The notes: generated by a model not told the origin, from the letters alone. DNA of 64,000 bases from an uncultured Solirubrobacterales bacterium (GCA_963699225.1 OY969423.1:2032740-2096739), one strand, 5' to 3'. Counted from the stretch's first letter, positions 9,034-17,233 are shown. Numbers and translations: made by a program.

Positions 9034-10067
9034 CTGTGACGCTTTCGGACCTGCAGATCAGTGATGCCGTTGTGCACGACGTGCCACGGCCAGAAACCGG
9101 CGAGCCGCTGACCCTCACTGATAGCCCGGTGGCGCTTGACACCGAGCTCGAGAACTATTTTCGCGACAAGCTCAAGGAGTCGCTGCTTGGCCGTGGCATT
9201 CGAATCCAAGCCGATCCTGGACTGCCTCCCGTCGTTAGGGACAGCGTCGGAGCAATTCTCTCCGATCCAACCCGGCATGTTTCTGCTTCGCAGGCGATGG
9301 CGGTACATCTTTTCGAACTACAGAAGAAGACCAATTCACCGGGCCTACTGACTGTCATCAGAGCGCGAGCTGCCAACCAAGACTTGATCGCTGTACTGAA
9401 GCTCGAGCGCGAGGTAGGGGTTCACGTTCTGATTGACGATGAAGGTCCCAAGCGTGTAATCAATTTGGAGTTCCTCCGCGATCTCACCCTTACGCGCAAG
9501 ACCCGCGTCTTCAAGGCGGCTGTCGTAGAGCTCGTTGATCACTCCAATCCTCTGACTATGCAGGGTCTCGCCTCCGACGATCAGCGAAGCCGAACGGAGG
9601 GACGAGGTTTGGCACGCTTTTTCCTTTATGACTTTCTCGGATGCCAGCTCAGCGCGAGTGCCGAGAAAGCGACCCAAGACTTCTGGAATGCGGCGCAGAC
9701 GTTTATCAACGAGGATGTCCTCTCGCCCGAGCGCAAGGGTCGATATCAGGTCGCGGTCCAGGCCTTCCTAGAGGAGCCCGAAGAAGACCTTCGTCCCGAA
9801 ACGTTCGTTCAACGGGCGATCGACGCCAACGACCAGCCGAAGCTGCGACAGAGGATTGTCGATCAGGGGCTGAACCCGCAGTCCACCGTGCCCAAGGACA
9901 CCGGACTGATCGCCAGAAAGATCATGGGATTTCGCGTCACGTTTGGACACGGAATGTCTCTCGTTGGCGGCCGCGACGATCTCAATGAGCGGGTTGACCT
10001 TCCAAGCCAGAATGGCTCGGGTCACACCGTAATCCGCGATTCGATTAAGAGCTTCTCCGGGCGCTGA
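9030..10067 (+). CDS. nucleoid-associated protein NdpA/YejK-like (NA37 family)
   Basis: MTVTLSDLQISDAVVHDVP at the N-terminus, DLIAVLKLEREVGVHV centrally, and RFFLYDFLGC matching the family signature (YFRDFIGC / FFMDFLGA in Pseudomonas and E. coli NdpA/YejK as I recall them). About 345 aa, as in that family. Confidence 0.65.
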   Translation: MTVTLSDLQISDAVVHDVPRPETGEPLTLTDSPVALDTELENYFRDKLKESLLGRGIRIQADPGLPPVVRDSVGAILSDPTRHVSASQAMAVHLFELQKKTNSPGLLTVIRARAANQDLIAVLKLEREVGVHVLIDDEGPKRVINLEFLRDLTLTRKTRVFKAAVVELVDHSNPLTMQGLASDDQRSRTEGRGLARFFLYDFLGCQLSASAEKATQDFWNAAQTFINEDVLSPERKGRYQVAVQAFLEEPEEDLRPETFVQRAIDANDQPKLRQRIVDQGLNPQSTVPKDTGLIARKIMGFRVTFGHGMSLVGGRDDLNERVDLPSQNGSGHTVIRDSIKSFSGR

Positions 10068-10259
10068 CCGTATTCCTAGTAGTCGTGGATCTGCCTCACC
10101 GCATCTTTGCCTGCTGAGGCTGCTGTGCTGGCCAAAATGAGCGGAAATCGACGAATCCTCAAGATTTGAGCCACTAGTGGCTCAAATGGAGTGCGATACG
10201 GCGAGATCGCCTGGGATTCCGAAACGGAGAAGGCTCCGACTAGCAGGGCCTTCTTGAAG

Positions 10260-10332
10260 TGGAGCTAGGCGGATTCGAACCGCCGACCTCCTGGGTGCGA
10301 TCCAGGCGCTCTGCCAGCTGAGCTATAGCCCC
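10260..10332 (-). tRNA. tRNA-Ala (anticodon CGC)
   Basis: The reverse complement is GGGGCTATAGCTCAGCTGGCAGAGCGCCTGGATCGCACCCAGGAGGTCGGCGGTTCGAATCCGCCTAGCTCCA. It folds as a cloverleaf with a G3:U70 pair and anticodon loop AUCGCAC. CCA is not encoded. Confidence 0.92.
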
Positions 10333-10420
10333 GAGTGCGTGGGTGGGAGGTTCATCCCAGCGCCCTCGCAAGGCGAAGGATAACCGCATAGGCTTTAGGT
10401 TCCCGCTTTGGGAGTCAGCC

Positions 10421-11380
10421 ATGGGCATCCTTGACGAGGCAATCCGAGAGCACCTGGAACTGAAGCGCCAGCACGGCGCGGGCGATTCCGAGCTGCAGCA
10501 GCTCGAGGACGAGGCGTTCGGTCAGGCGGACCGGCCGGGCGACGAGCAGGCGGCGGATCCGATGGCGGAGGCGCCTACGCAGTTCATGGAGCAGCCGGAG
10601 ATCGCCGAGGACGAGAGCGCTCGCCGTGAGCCGACGATCGCCGACCTGCAGGAGCCCCCGCCGCTTCCCGAGCCGAAACAGACTGCGGTCGTCGAGGATC
10701 TCGCCGAGCCGGAGCCCGCGCTCGTCGATGAGGCCCCCGCCGAGGAGGAGCAGCCGGCGATGGAGCACGAGATCATCGCCGATGCCGTCGAGGCCTCCGG
10801 GCCCAGCGCCGAGGAACGCCAGACGATCGCCGAACAGCCGACCGAGATGTTCGACGTCGAGGAGGAGCTGGGCGGACCGCCGAGCCCGACCGACGAGGAG
10901 CTGGTCGAAGAGGAGATCGCCGAGCCTCGCCTGGCGCCCACCGACCCGCTTGCCGGCCTCGCCGAGACCGAAGAGGCTGAGGTCAGCGTCCAGGGTCCAG
11001 CGCCCGACGACGATGACGAGTACGACGATGAGGACGACGCCTTCTGGAACGAGCAGCGCCTCTCCGATGAACTCGACCAGGCGCTCGAGGCGCCGCGCGA
11101 TGCCGAGCCCGAGCCGGCGGCGGAGGTCGAGATCGAGACGGAGCCCGAGCCAGAGATCGAGGAGCCGGCCGAGCCCGACGCGGAGTCCGAGTCCGAGGAA
11201 TACGAGGCACTGCCGGAGACTGCCGAAGAGTCCGCTCCCGTCGCGGAATCCGAGCCCGAGTCTGCCCACCACGAGGAGGACGTGCTCGAGGAGACGCCGG
11301 ACTTCCTCGAGGAGACCCCCGAGGACGACCAGCTCTGGTTCGAGCAGAAGCCGCCCAAGGACTTCGACTTCGACGACTGA
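10421..11380 (+). CDS. extremely acidic (Asp/Glu/Pro/Ala-rich) hypothetical protein
   Basis: ATG 10421 (MGILDEAIREHLELKRQHG...). 319 aa, ending ...DDQLWFEQKPPKDFDFDD. It has structured-looking N- and C-terminal ends and a low-complexity acidic middle. All other frames here carry long shadow ORFs. Confidence 0.65.
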   Translation: MGILDEAIREHLELKRQHGAGDSELQQLEDEAFGQADRPGDEQAADPMAEAPTQFMEQPEIAEDESARREPTIADLQEPPPLPEPKQTAVVEDLAEPEPALVDEAPAEEEQPAMEHEIIADAVEASGPSAEERQTIAEQPTEMFDVEEELGGPPSPTDEELVEEEIAEPRLAPTDPLAGLAETEEAEVSVQGPAPDDDDEYDDEDDAFWNEQRLSDELDQALEAPRDAEPEPAAEVEIETEPEPEIEEPAEPDAESESEEYEALPETAEESAPVAESEPESAHHEEDVLEETPDFLEETPEDDQLWFEQKPPKDFDFDD

Positions 11381-11432
11381 GCGGTCTGTCGCTCCGTCTG
11401 TTTCGCCTCGACCCACCTAAACTCTCACCTGC

Positions 11433-11505
11433 GGGGCCATAGCTCAGCTGGCAGAGCGCCGCCTTTGCAAGGCGGAGGTCGCCGGTTCGATCCCGGCTGG
11501 CTCCA
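11433..11505 (+). tRNA. tRNA-Ala (anticodon TGC)
   Basis: GGGGCCATAGCTCAGCTGGCAGAGCGCCGCCTTTGCAAGGCGGAGGTCGCCGGTTCGATCCCGGCTGGCTCCA. Cloverleaf fold, G3:U70 pair, anticodon loop UUUGCAA. Confidence 0.92.
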
Positions 11506-11573
11506 TCGACGAGGGGCTGTGGCGCAACTTTCGTCCGGCCGGTTAGGAAGTTCACGCTGACCGCCGTGTTTCG

Positions 11574-13250
11574 GTGTTGAATGAGGCAGTGCGTCTCGTC
11601 CGATCGCTCGCGGGGGCTGTGCTTTTGCCGATCGTCCTTGCGGTCGCGCTCTTCGCTGCACCCGCCGCTGCGGCGCCGCTGCCGGTGCTGGTGGGCCAAG
11701 TCGGCAGCGGGTCCAACACAGGGTTTGCCACCTCGGCGGGCGGGTGCATCTGCACCGTGGCGCAGATGCACGAGGCCAGTCCGGCCAGCAAGTCCTACGT
11801 GTTCCCCTACGACGGGGTGATCGTGTCCAGCGGCACCTACGTTGGTAGCTCCGTCGAAGCCGGCGACACAGACACCGTGCAGGTCCAGACGGTGCATAAG
11901 ACCGGCGCGACGACGGGCACCGTCGTCAGCGAGGGCACCGCCCACCACCTCCTCGGGTTGCCAACGAGCACCGTGGATCGGTTCTACGACAGGTTGCCGG
12001 CTCACGCGGGCGACGTCCTTGCCGCGCGCTTCCACGACAGTGGCTTCATTGAATCGACGCCCTTCTTCTTCAAGGCCACCGCCGGCGGAGATGAAGTCGA
12101 GGTGTCCACCCCCACGGCAGCCGGCGGCAGCCTCTCGGGATCCTCACTGGTGGCCGAACGCCGGGTCAACCTCGAAGCCGTGCTCGAGCCCGACGAAGAC
12201 CACGACGGCTACGGGGACGCATCGCAGGACCTCTGCCCGGGCTCGCCGATAGCGACCTCGGCCTGCTCGGGCTTGCTCTTCGGCACTGCCCTGGAGGGCG
12301 AACGCTCGGTTCCGCCAGCCGCCTGCTCTCCCTCCTGTCTATACGTGCAGACCGCCCTCGGCGGCGTCTCCACGGCGACATCCTCACCCGGGGTGATCGT
12401 TCGCTGGCGGGTGCTGAACGGCAGCAGCGGCGCCTACCGAATCAATGTGCTGACCGATAACCCCGGAGGGAGCGGCGGGGCATTCCACGCCTACCACGTG
12501 CTCGGCTTCAGCGAAACCGGGACCGTGACCGCGCCCACCAACTCGGCGTTCTCGCAGATCTCGGGCTTTCCGACCCGGATGCCGATCCCGGCTGGCGCCT
12601 ATGTCGGCCTGACGGTGCCGGGTGGCAGTGTCCCCGGCTTCCAATCGAGCGTCGGCGGCCAGGCGAAATATTCGCGCACGGAAGCGCCATTCCCCGGCAT
12701 CACCGGTGTCGTCGGCGAATCCCACAACGGCGCGATCCTCTACGACGCCGACATCGAGCCCGACGTCGATGGCGACGGTTACGGCGACGTCACTCAGGAC
12801 TCGTGCCCGACCTCAGCCTCGATCCACGAAGGACCGTGCCCGGCGACCGGCGCCGGAAAAGCTCCAATCGTGTCGACGCATGGCGACCGGGCTCACCTTC
12901 CGAAGATCGGGTCGCTGGCGGTAAAGCCGAAGAGCTTCCACGCCAAGCCGCTCGGACGGGTCACGGCGGGAGGCAAATGGGGGACGAAGGTGAAGCTCTC
13001 GCTCTCCTCAGCGGCGACCGTGACGCTCGCGATCGAAGCTCGACAGGGCCGGCGCTTCCACGTCGTCACCCGGCTGACCAAGAAAGCAGCCGCGGGGCGC
13101 ACTTCGGTCGCCTTCAGTGGCCAGTACCGCCAAGCCGGCAAGCTCACCGACCTTCAGCCCGGCACCTACCGCCTCAGCGCGAGCGCCAAGACCAGCGCGG
13201 GCACCGGACCGGTCAAGCGCACGACCTTCACCGTCCTTCCCCCGGCCTGA
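11574..13250 (+). CDS. secreted protein with two beta-rich modules, each ending in an EPDxDxDGYGDxxQDxCP motif, plus a C-terminal Ig-like tail
   Basis: Signal-like LLPIVLAVALFAAPAAAAP. Motifs LEPDEDHDGYGDASQDLCP and IEPDVDGDGYGDVTQDSCP. The tail reads ...KVKLSLSSAATVTLAIEAR...GTYRLSASAKT. Paralogous to 32607-33629. Several starts are possible (GTG 11574, TTG 11577, GTG 11589). Confidence 0.7.
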   Translation: MLNEAVRLVRSLAGAVLLPIVLAVALFAAPAAAAPLPVLVGQVGSGSNTGFATSAGGCICTVAQMHEASPASKSYVFPYDGVIVSSGTYVGSSVEAGDTDTVQVQTVHKTGATTGTVVSEGTAHHLLGLPTSTVDRFYDRLPAHAGDVLAARFHDSGFIESTPFFFKATAGGDEVEVSTPTAAGGSLSGSSLVAERRVNLEAVLEPDEDHDGYGDASQDLCPGSPIATSACSGLLFGTALEGERSVPPAACSPSCLYVQTALGGVSTATSSPGVIVRWRVLNGSSGAYRINVLTDNPGGSGGAFHAYHVLGFSETGTVTAPTNSAFSQISGFPTRMPIPAGAYVGLTVPGGSVPGFQSSVGGQAKYSRTEAPFPGITGVVGESHNGAILYDADIEPDVDGDGYGDVTQDSCPTSASIHEGPCPATGAGKAPIVSTHGDRAHLPKIGSLAVKPKSFHAKPLGRVTAGGKWGTKVKLSLSSAATVTLAIEARQGRRFHVVTRLTKKAAAGRTSVAFSGQYRQAGKLTDLQPGTYRLSASAKTSAGTGPVKRTTFTVLPPA

Positions 13251-13264
13251 AGCGCCCTGCCGTT

Positions 13265-13372
13265 CTAAGCGGCCCTTGCGAGAACCTCCGAAGCGGTGGC
13301 AGTTGGCTTGCCGTCAGTGTCGATCTCTTCGACACTGGGAGCCTCATACGGCTCGGGACGGATCTCGCTCAT
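13265..13372 (-). CDS. candidate 35-aa peptide (RiPP-leader-like), unannotated small ORF
   Basis: GGAGGAGAG is immediately upstream of ATG 13372. The product is MSEIRPEPYEAPSVEEIDTDGKPTATASEVLARAA, with stop TAG at 13265-13267. It is divergent from the PqqD-family gene. It is too short for the ORF track, and support is weak. Confidence 0.3.
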   Translation of the reverse strand: MSEIRPEPYEAPSVEEIDTDGKPTATASEVLARAA

Positions 13373-13472
13373 CTCTCCTCCAGAAGTAGATCGCCAGTGG
13401 CGTGAGTCTAGCCGTATCGCTCTTAACCTCGAATCCATAGAGGCCGCTCATCCGGTCATAGGGTATGGACCG

Positions 13473-13763
13473 ATGAGCGAAACCAAGACGATCGAGGCCG
13501 AGACCACACTGCGCCGCACCGAGCGCGCGGTGCACGGCGACCGGCCCGACGAGACCGTGTTGCTCGACGTCGATGCCGGCACCGCGGTGCGGCTCAACTC
13601 GACCGGCGCCTGGATCTGGGAGCAGCTCGAGCAGCCGCGCCAGGTCAGCGAGCTGGCCAGTGGCCTGGCCCAGCGCTTCGAAATCGACGAGGGGCGGGCG
13701 CTCGGCGACGTCGTTGCCTTCGCCCGCGAGATGGCGCGGCGCGACCTGCTCGCCGCCAGCTAG
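13473..13763 (+). CDS. PqqD-family protein (stand-alone RiPP recognition element-like)
   Basis: MSETKTIEAE...VLLDVDAGTAVRLNSTGAWIWEQLEQPRQVSELASGLAQRFEIDEGRALGDVVAFAREMARRDLL fits the PqqD/RRE pattern (LN..A..IW..L.....V.EL...L...). Confidence 0.75.
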   Translation: MSETKTIEAETTLRRTERAVHGDRPDETVLLDVDAGTAVRLNSTGAWIWEQLEQPRQVSELASGLAQRFEIDEGRALGDVVAFAREMARRDLLAAS

Positions 13764-14752
13764 CCGGCCAGCGCCCGCTCGGGCAGGTTCTGGTCGGCGT
13801 GGTAACTCGAACGCACCAGCGGACCTGAGGCGACCGACTCGAAGCCGAGGTCGTAGGCCGCCTTCTCCAGCGCCGCGAACTCCTCCGGGTGCCAGTAGCG
13901 CACCACCGGCAGGTGGTTTTCGGTCGGGCGCAGGTACTGGCCTACGGTCAGCACCTGGACGCGATGCTCACGCAGCAGGCCGAAGGTCTCGACCATCTCC
14001 TCGAAGCTCTCGCCCAGCCCGACCATCAGCCCCGACTTGGTGACGACATCGGCGCCGCCCATCTCCTTGGCCATCTTCAGCACCCGCGCCGAGCGCAGGA
14101 ATTTGGAGCCGCGCCGCGCCACTGGGTAGAGCCGGGGCACGGTCTCGACGTTGTGGTTGAAGACGTCGGGCTTCTCGTGGATCACCTTGGCCAGCGGCAT
14201 CTCCTGGCCGCGGAAGTCGGGGGTGAGGATCTCGACCTTGCAGCCGGGCGCCTGCATGCGGATCGAGCGGATCACGCCGACGAAGGCGCTCGCACCGTAG
14301 TCGGGCAGGTCGTCGCGGTCGACCGAGGTGACGACGGCGTGGCGCAGTCCCATCTTCTTCACTTGGTTGGCGACCCGCAGCGGCTCCAGCGGGTCGTTCC
14401 AGGTCGGCACGCCCGTCTTCACGTTGCAGAAGCCGCAGCGGCGGGTGCAGACGTCGCCGAGGATCATGAAGGTCGCCGTGCCGCGCTCCCAGCACTCGCC
14501 GACGTTGGGGCAGTTGGCCTCCTCGCAGACCGTGTGCAGGTTGTCGCTGCCGATCATCGCCTTAAGCCGGCGGTAGGTCGGCCCGCCCGGAGCCGGCACC
14601 TTCAGCCAGGGCGGCTTGCGGGCGCGGCGGAAGGGAACGGTGCCGTCGCTCTCGGCCGCGATCCCGCCCGGCTTGGCACGGGAGCGCGTTACGTGGACTC
14701 GCTCCTCCGTGGGAGCGTTGCGCTCCGCGGGCTCTGTCGTCGACTCGCTCAT
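13760..14752 (-). CDS. lipA: lipoyl synthase
   Basis: CEEANCPNVGECW and CTRRCGFCNV (radical SAM CxxxCxxC plus the auxiliary cluster motif). 330 aa. Overlaps lipB by 4 nt. Confidence 0.95.
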   Translation of the reverse strand: MSESTTEPAERNAPTEERVHVTRSRAKPGGIAAESDGTVPFRRARKPPWLKVPAPGGPTYRRLKAMIGSDNLHTVCEEANCPNVGECWERGTATFMILGDVCTRRCGFCNVKTGVPTWNDPLEPLRVANQVKKMGLRHAVVTSVDRDDLPDYGASAFVGVIRSIRMQAPGCKVEILTPDFRGQEMPLAKVIHEKPDVFNHNVETVPRLYPVARRGSKFLRSARVLKMAKEMGGADVVTKSGLMVGLGESFEEMVETFGLLREHRVQVLTVGQYLRPTENHLPVVRYWHPEEFAALEKAAYDLGFESVASGPLVRSSYHADQNLPERALAG

Positions 14753-15522
14753 GCGACTCCGAGCCTAGCGTTGTCGAGGCCCAGCTCGGCCGGACTTGCT
14801 TCCCGGGGGGCGCGCTCATAGACCTCGGCGTAGCGCTCGGCGACCGTGTCGGCAAAGGGCGCCAGCTCCTGCTCGCTGCCGAGCTCGCGGCTCAGCGAGC
14901 TGACCTGACAGCCCTCGATACCGCAGGGCACGACCCACTCGAACGGCTGCAGGTCATTGCTGACGTTCACCGAGAGCCCGTGGGTGGTGATGCCGCGGCT
15001 GACGTGGACGCCGATCGAGCCGATCTTGCGCGCCTCTGGCGGTGGCGGGCCGATCCCGTCCATGGTCTGCACGCTCTCCACCGCTGGGCCACCCGGTGGT
15101 GTGCCCTCGGTCCAGACCCCGGTCAGGCCCTCGATCGTCTGCGCACCTACCCCGTGCTTGCCCAGCGCCGAGATCGCCACCCGCTCGAGCCGCCGCACGT
15201 ACTCGTGGACGTCGTCGCCGTAGGCGCGCAGGTCGACGATCGGGTAGGCGACCAGCTGCCCGGGCCCGTGGTAAGTGACGCGGCCGCCGCGATCGGTGTC
15301 GTGCACCGCGATCCCCTGCATCTCGTACCACTCGGCCGCCATCGGCAGCTCCTCAGGCGTGGAGCGGCGGCCGCGGGTGTAGGTGGGAGGGTGCTCGAGC
15401 AGCAGCAGGACGTCGGGAATCGAGCCGTCCTCGCGCGCGTCGCGCAGCCAGCGCTGGGCGACCAGCGCCTCGTCGTAGGTGACGAGGCCGCAGCGGATTA
15501 CGAGGACTTCTGCGCTCATCAC
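14749..15522 (-). CDS. lipB: lipoyl(octanoyl) transferase
   Basis: LLLLEHPPTYTRGRR...RGGRVTYHGPGQLVAYPI...KIGSIGVHVSRGITTHGLS are typical LipB motifs. Confidence 0.9.
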   Translation of the reverse strand: MMSAEVLVIRCGLVTYDEALVAQRWLRDAREDGSIPDVLLLLEHPPTYTRGRRSTPEELPMAAEWYEMQGIAVHDTDRGGRVTYHGPGQLVAYPIVDLRAYGDDVHEYVRRLERVAISALGKHGVGAQTIEGLTGVWTEGTPPGGPAVESVQTMDGIGPPPPEARKIGSIGVHVSRGITTHGLSVNVSNDLQPFEWVVPCGIEGCQVSSLSRELGSEQELAPFADTVAERYAEVYERAPREASPAELGLDNARLGVA

Positions 15523-15534
15523 CGAAATCGTTGC

Positions 15535-17190
15535 ATGACGCCGCTCTATCCTTTGGCGTCCTCCCTAATGGTCCAGTCAAAGGCCCTCCGACCAGACTGG
15601 CTTCCCGCCGTCGCCCTCAGCTCCCTGCTCGCCCTGGCGATGCTGGTCTGGAACCCGCAGGTCGGCGACCTCGCCGCCCAGGTCTTCCGTACCGAACTCT
15701 TCCAGCACGCCGGCCTGGCGATCTGGAACGGCAGCTGGTACGGCGGCCACTACACGCTCACCTACAGCTTCCTCTTCCCACCGCTCGCCTCGCTGTTGGG
15801 GCCGCAGCTGGTCGGGACGATCTCGGTCGTCGCTTCCTCCTATTTCTTCGACCGCCTCGTGCGCGACCGCTGGGGCGCCCCCGCCCGCTGGGCGACCCTC
15901 TGGTTCGCCGCCGGCGTGGTCACGCTGCTCGCCGACGGCCAGCTCACCTTCGCTCTCGGCGTCGCTTTTGGCTTGGCTGCGCTGCGCTGCCTGCAGATCC
16001 GCCGCGACAAGCTCGCTTTCGCCGCAGCCGCAGCCTGCGCCCTCTCCAGCCCGGTCGCCGCCGCCTTCCTCGCCGGGATCGTCCTGGTCGGGGTGCTGGA
16101 GCGCGGCAGGCCGGTCAACCGGGTCGCCGCCGGCGCGGCCGCGATCGCGCTCGGCCTCGTCCTCCTGCCCAACCTCGCCTTCCCCGAATCGGGCCAGTTC
16201 CCCTTCGCCTTCTCCTCCTACGTCGCAATCCCGCTCTTCTGCGGCGGCGCGCTCTTCGTAACGCGCGGGCTCGGCGATCAGGAGCGCCAGCTGCGCTGGG
16301 CCCTGATCGGCTACGTCGCGGCGGCGACCGTGTTGCTGCTGGCGCCAAACCCGATGGGCGGCAACGCCGTCCGCCTCGGCGCCCTCTTCGGCGGCCCGGT
16401 GCTGGCCGCGGTGATGCTCGCTCGACGGCCTCGCCTCGGCGCCTTCTCAGTCGTCGTCCTCTCGTTGGCGATGGCCGGCGGTCTCTACTGGCAGGTGACT
16501 GCCAGCGTTAGTCAGATCGCCCGTAGCGTCGGCGACCCCTCGACCTCGCGCGAGTACTTCCAGCCAGCCGCCCACTGGCTGCGCGCTCATGGCGGCACCG
16601 GCGTGCGGGTCGAGGTGCCACCGACCGCGAACCACTGGGAGTCGGCTTACTTGGCGACCCAGTTCGAGCTTGCGCGCGGCTGGCTGCGCCAGCTCGACAC
16701 CACTCGCGACGACGTCTTCTACGACAACGAAAGCCAGCTGACCCCCGCGGCGTACGAGCACTGGCTGCACCGCAACGCGATCTCCTACGTCGCCCTGCCC
16801 GATGCCCCGCTCGACTACTCCTCGGTCGCCGAGCGCCGCCTGATCCTCAGCGCGCCGAGCTACCTCCATCTGCGCTGGAGCTCACCCCACTGGCGGATCT
16901 ACGCGGTGCGAAATCCCGAGCCCCTGGTCGAGCCGATGGCCGGCGCCGCGGCTCACACGCTCTGGGTCGGGCGGCAGAGCTTCGGCCTCGACGTCACCCG
17001 TCCCGGCGACTTCCTCGTCCGCGTCAACTTCACCCCCTACTGGTCGATTGCCCGCGGCGCCGGATGCCTGCTGCGCCATGGCGAGTGGACGATCGCACGC
17101 GCCTCGCACCCCGGCATCCTCAGGGTCTCGGCCGACTTCTCCCTCGGCCGGGCCTGGAACGCGGTTACGGGCGCGAAGAAGACCTGTTGA
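15535..17190 (+). CDS. polytopic integral membrane protein (possible GT-C-type glycosyltransferase; function not established)
   Basis: In-frame ATG 15535 within ORF 14980-17190. The upstream part of that ORF is antisense to lipB. There are at least 9 hydrophobic segments followed by a soluble C-terminal domain. Confidence 0.55.
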   Translation: MTPLYPLASSLMVQSKALRPDWLPAVALSSLLALAMLVWNPQVGDLAAQVFRTELFQHAGLAIWNGSWYGGHYTLTYSFLFPPLASLLGPQLVGTISVVASSYFFDRLVRDRWGAPARWATLWFAAGVVTLLADGQLTFALGVAFGLAALRCLQIRRDKLAFAAAAACALSSPVAAAFLAGIVLVGVLERGRPVNRVAAGAAAIALGLVLLPNLAFPESGQFPFAFSSYVAIPLFCGGALFVTRGLGDQERQLRWALIGYVAAATVLLLAPNPMGGNAVRLGALFGGPVLAAVMLARRPRLGAFSVVVLSLAMAGGLYWQVTASVSQIARSVGDPSTSREYFQPAAHWLRAHGGTGVRVEVPPTANHWESAYLATQFELARGWLRQLDTTRDDVFYDNESQLTPAAYEHWLHRNAISYVALPDAPLDYSSVAERRLILSAPSYLHLRWSSPHWRIYAVRNPEPLVEPMAGAAAHTLWVGRQSFGLDVTRPGDFLVRVNFTPYWSIARGAGCLLRHGEWTIARASHPGILRVSADFSLGRAWNAVTGAKKTC

Positions 17191-17233
17191 GCGACACCGT
17201 CTTGGCACCGAGGCCGCTGCTAGGTTGCCGCTG

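Noticed and set aside
10415-12035. Long ORFs in other frames and strands across the acidic-protein gene and tRNA-Ala(TGC): 10415-11416 minus, 10522-11358 minus, 10626-11420 plus and 10983-12035 minus.
   Set aside because: Their products are Arg/Ser/Pro/Leu-rich low-complexity mirror images of the GAG/GAC/CCG-rich sense frame. One of them runs through a tRNA gene. These are shadow ORFs typical of high-GC, compositionally biased DNA.
14980-15534. The first 185 codons of ORF 14980-17190.
   Set aside because: This segment is antisense to lipB and has no membrane-protein character. The hydrophobic protein begins at ATG 15535.
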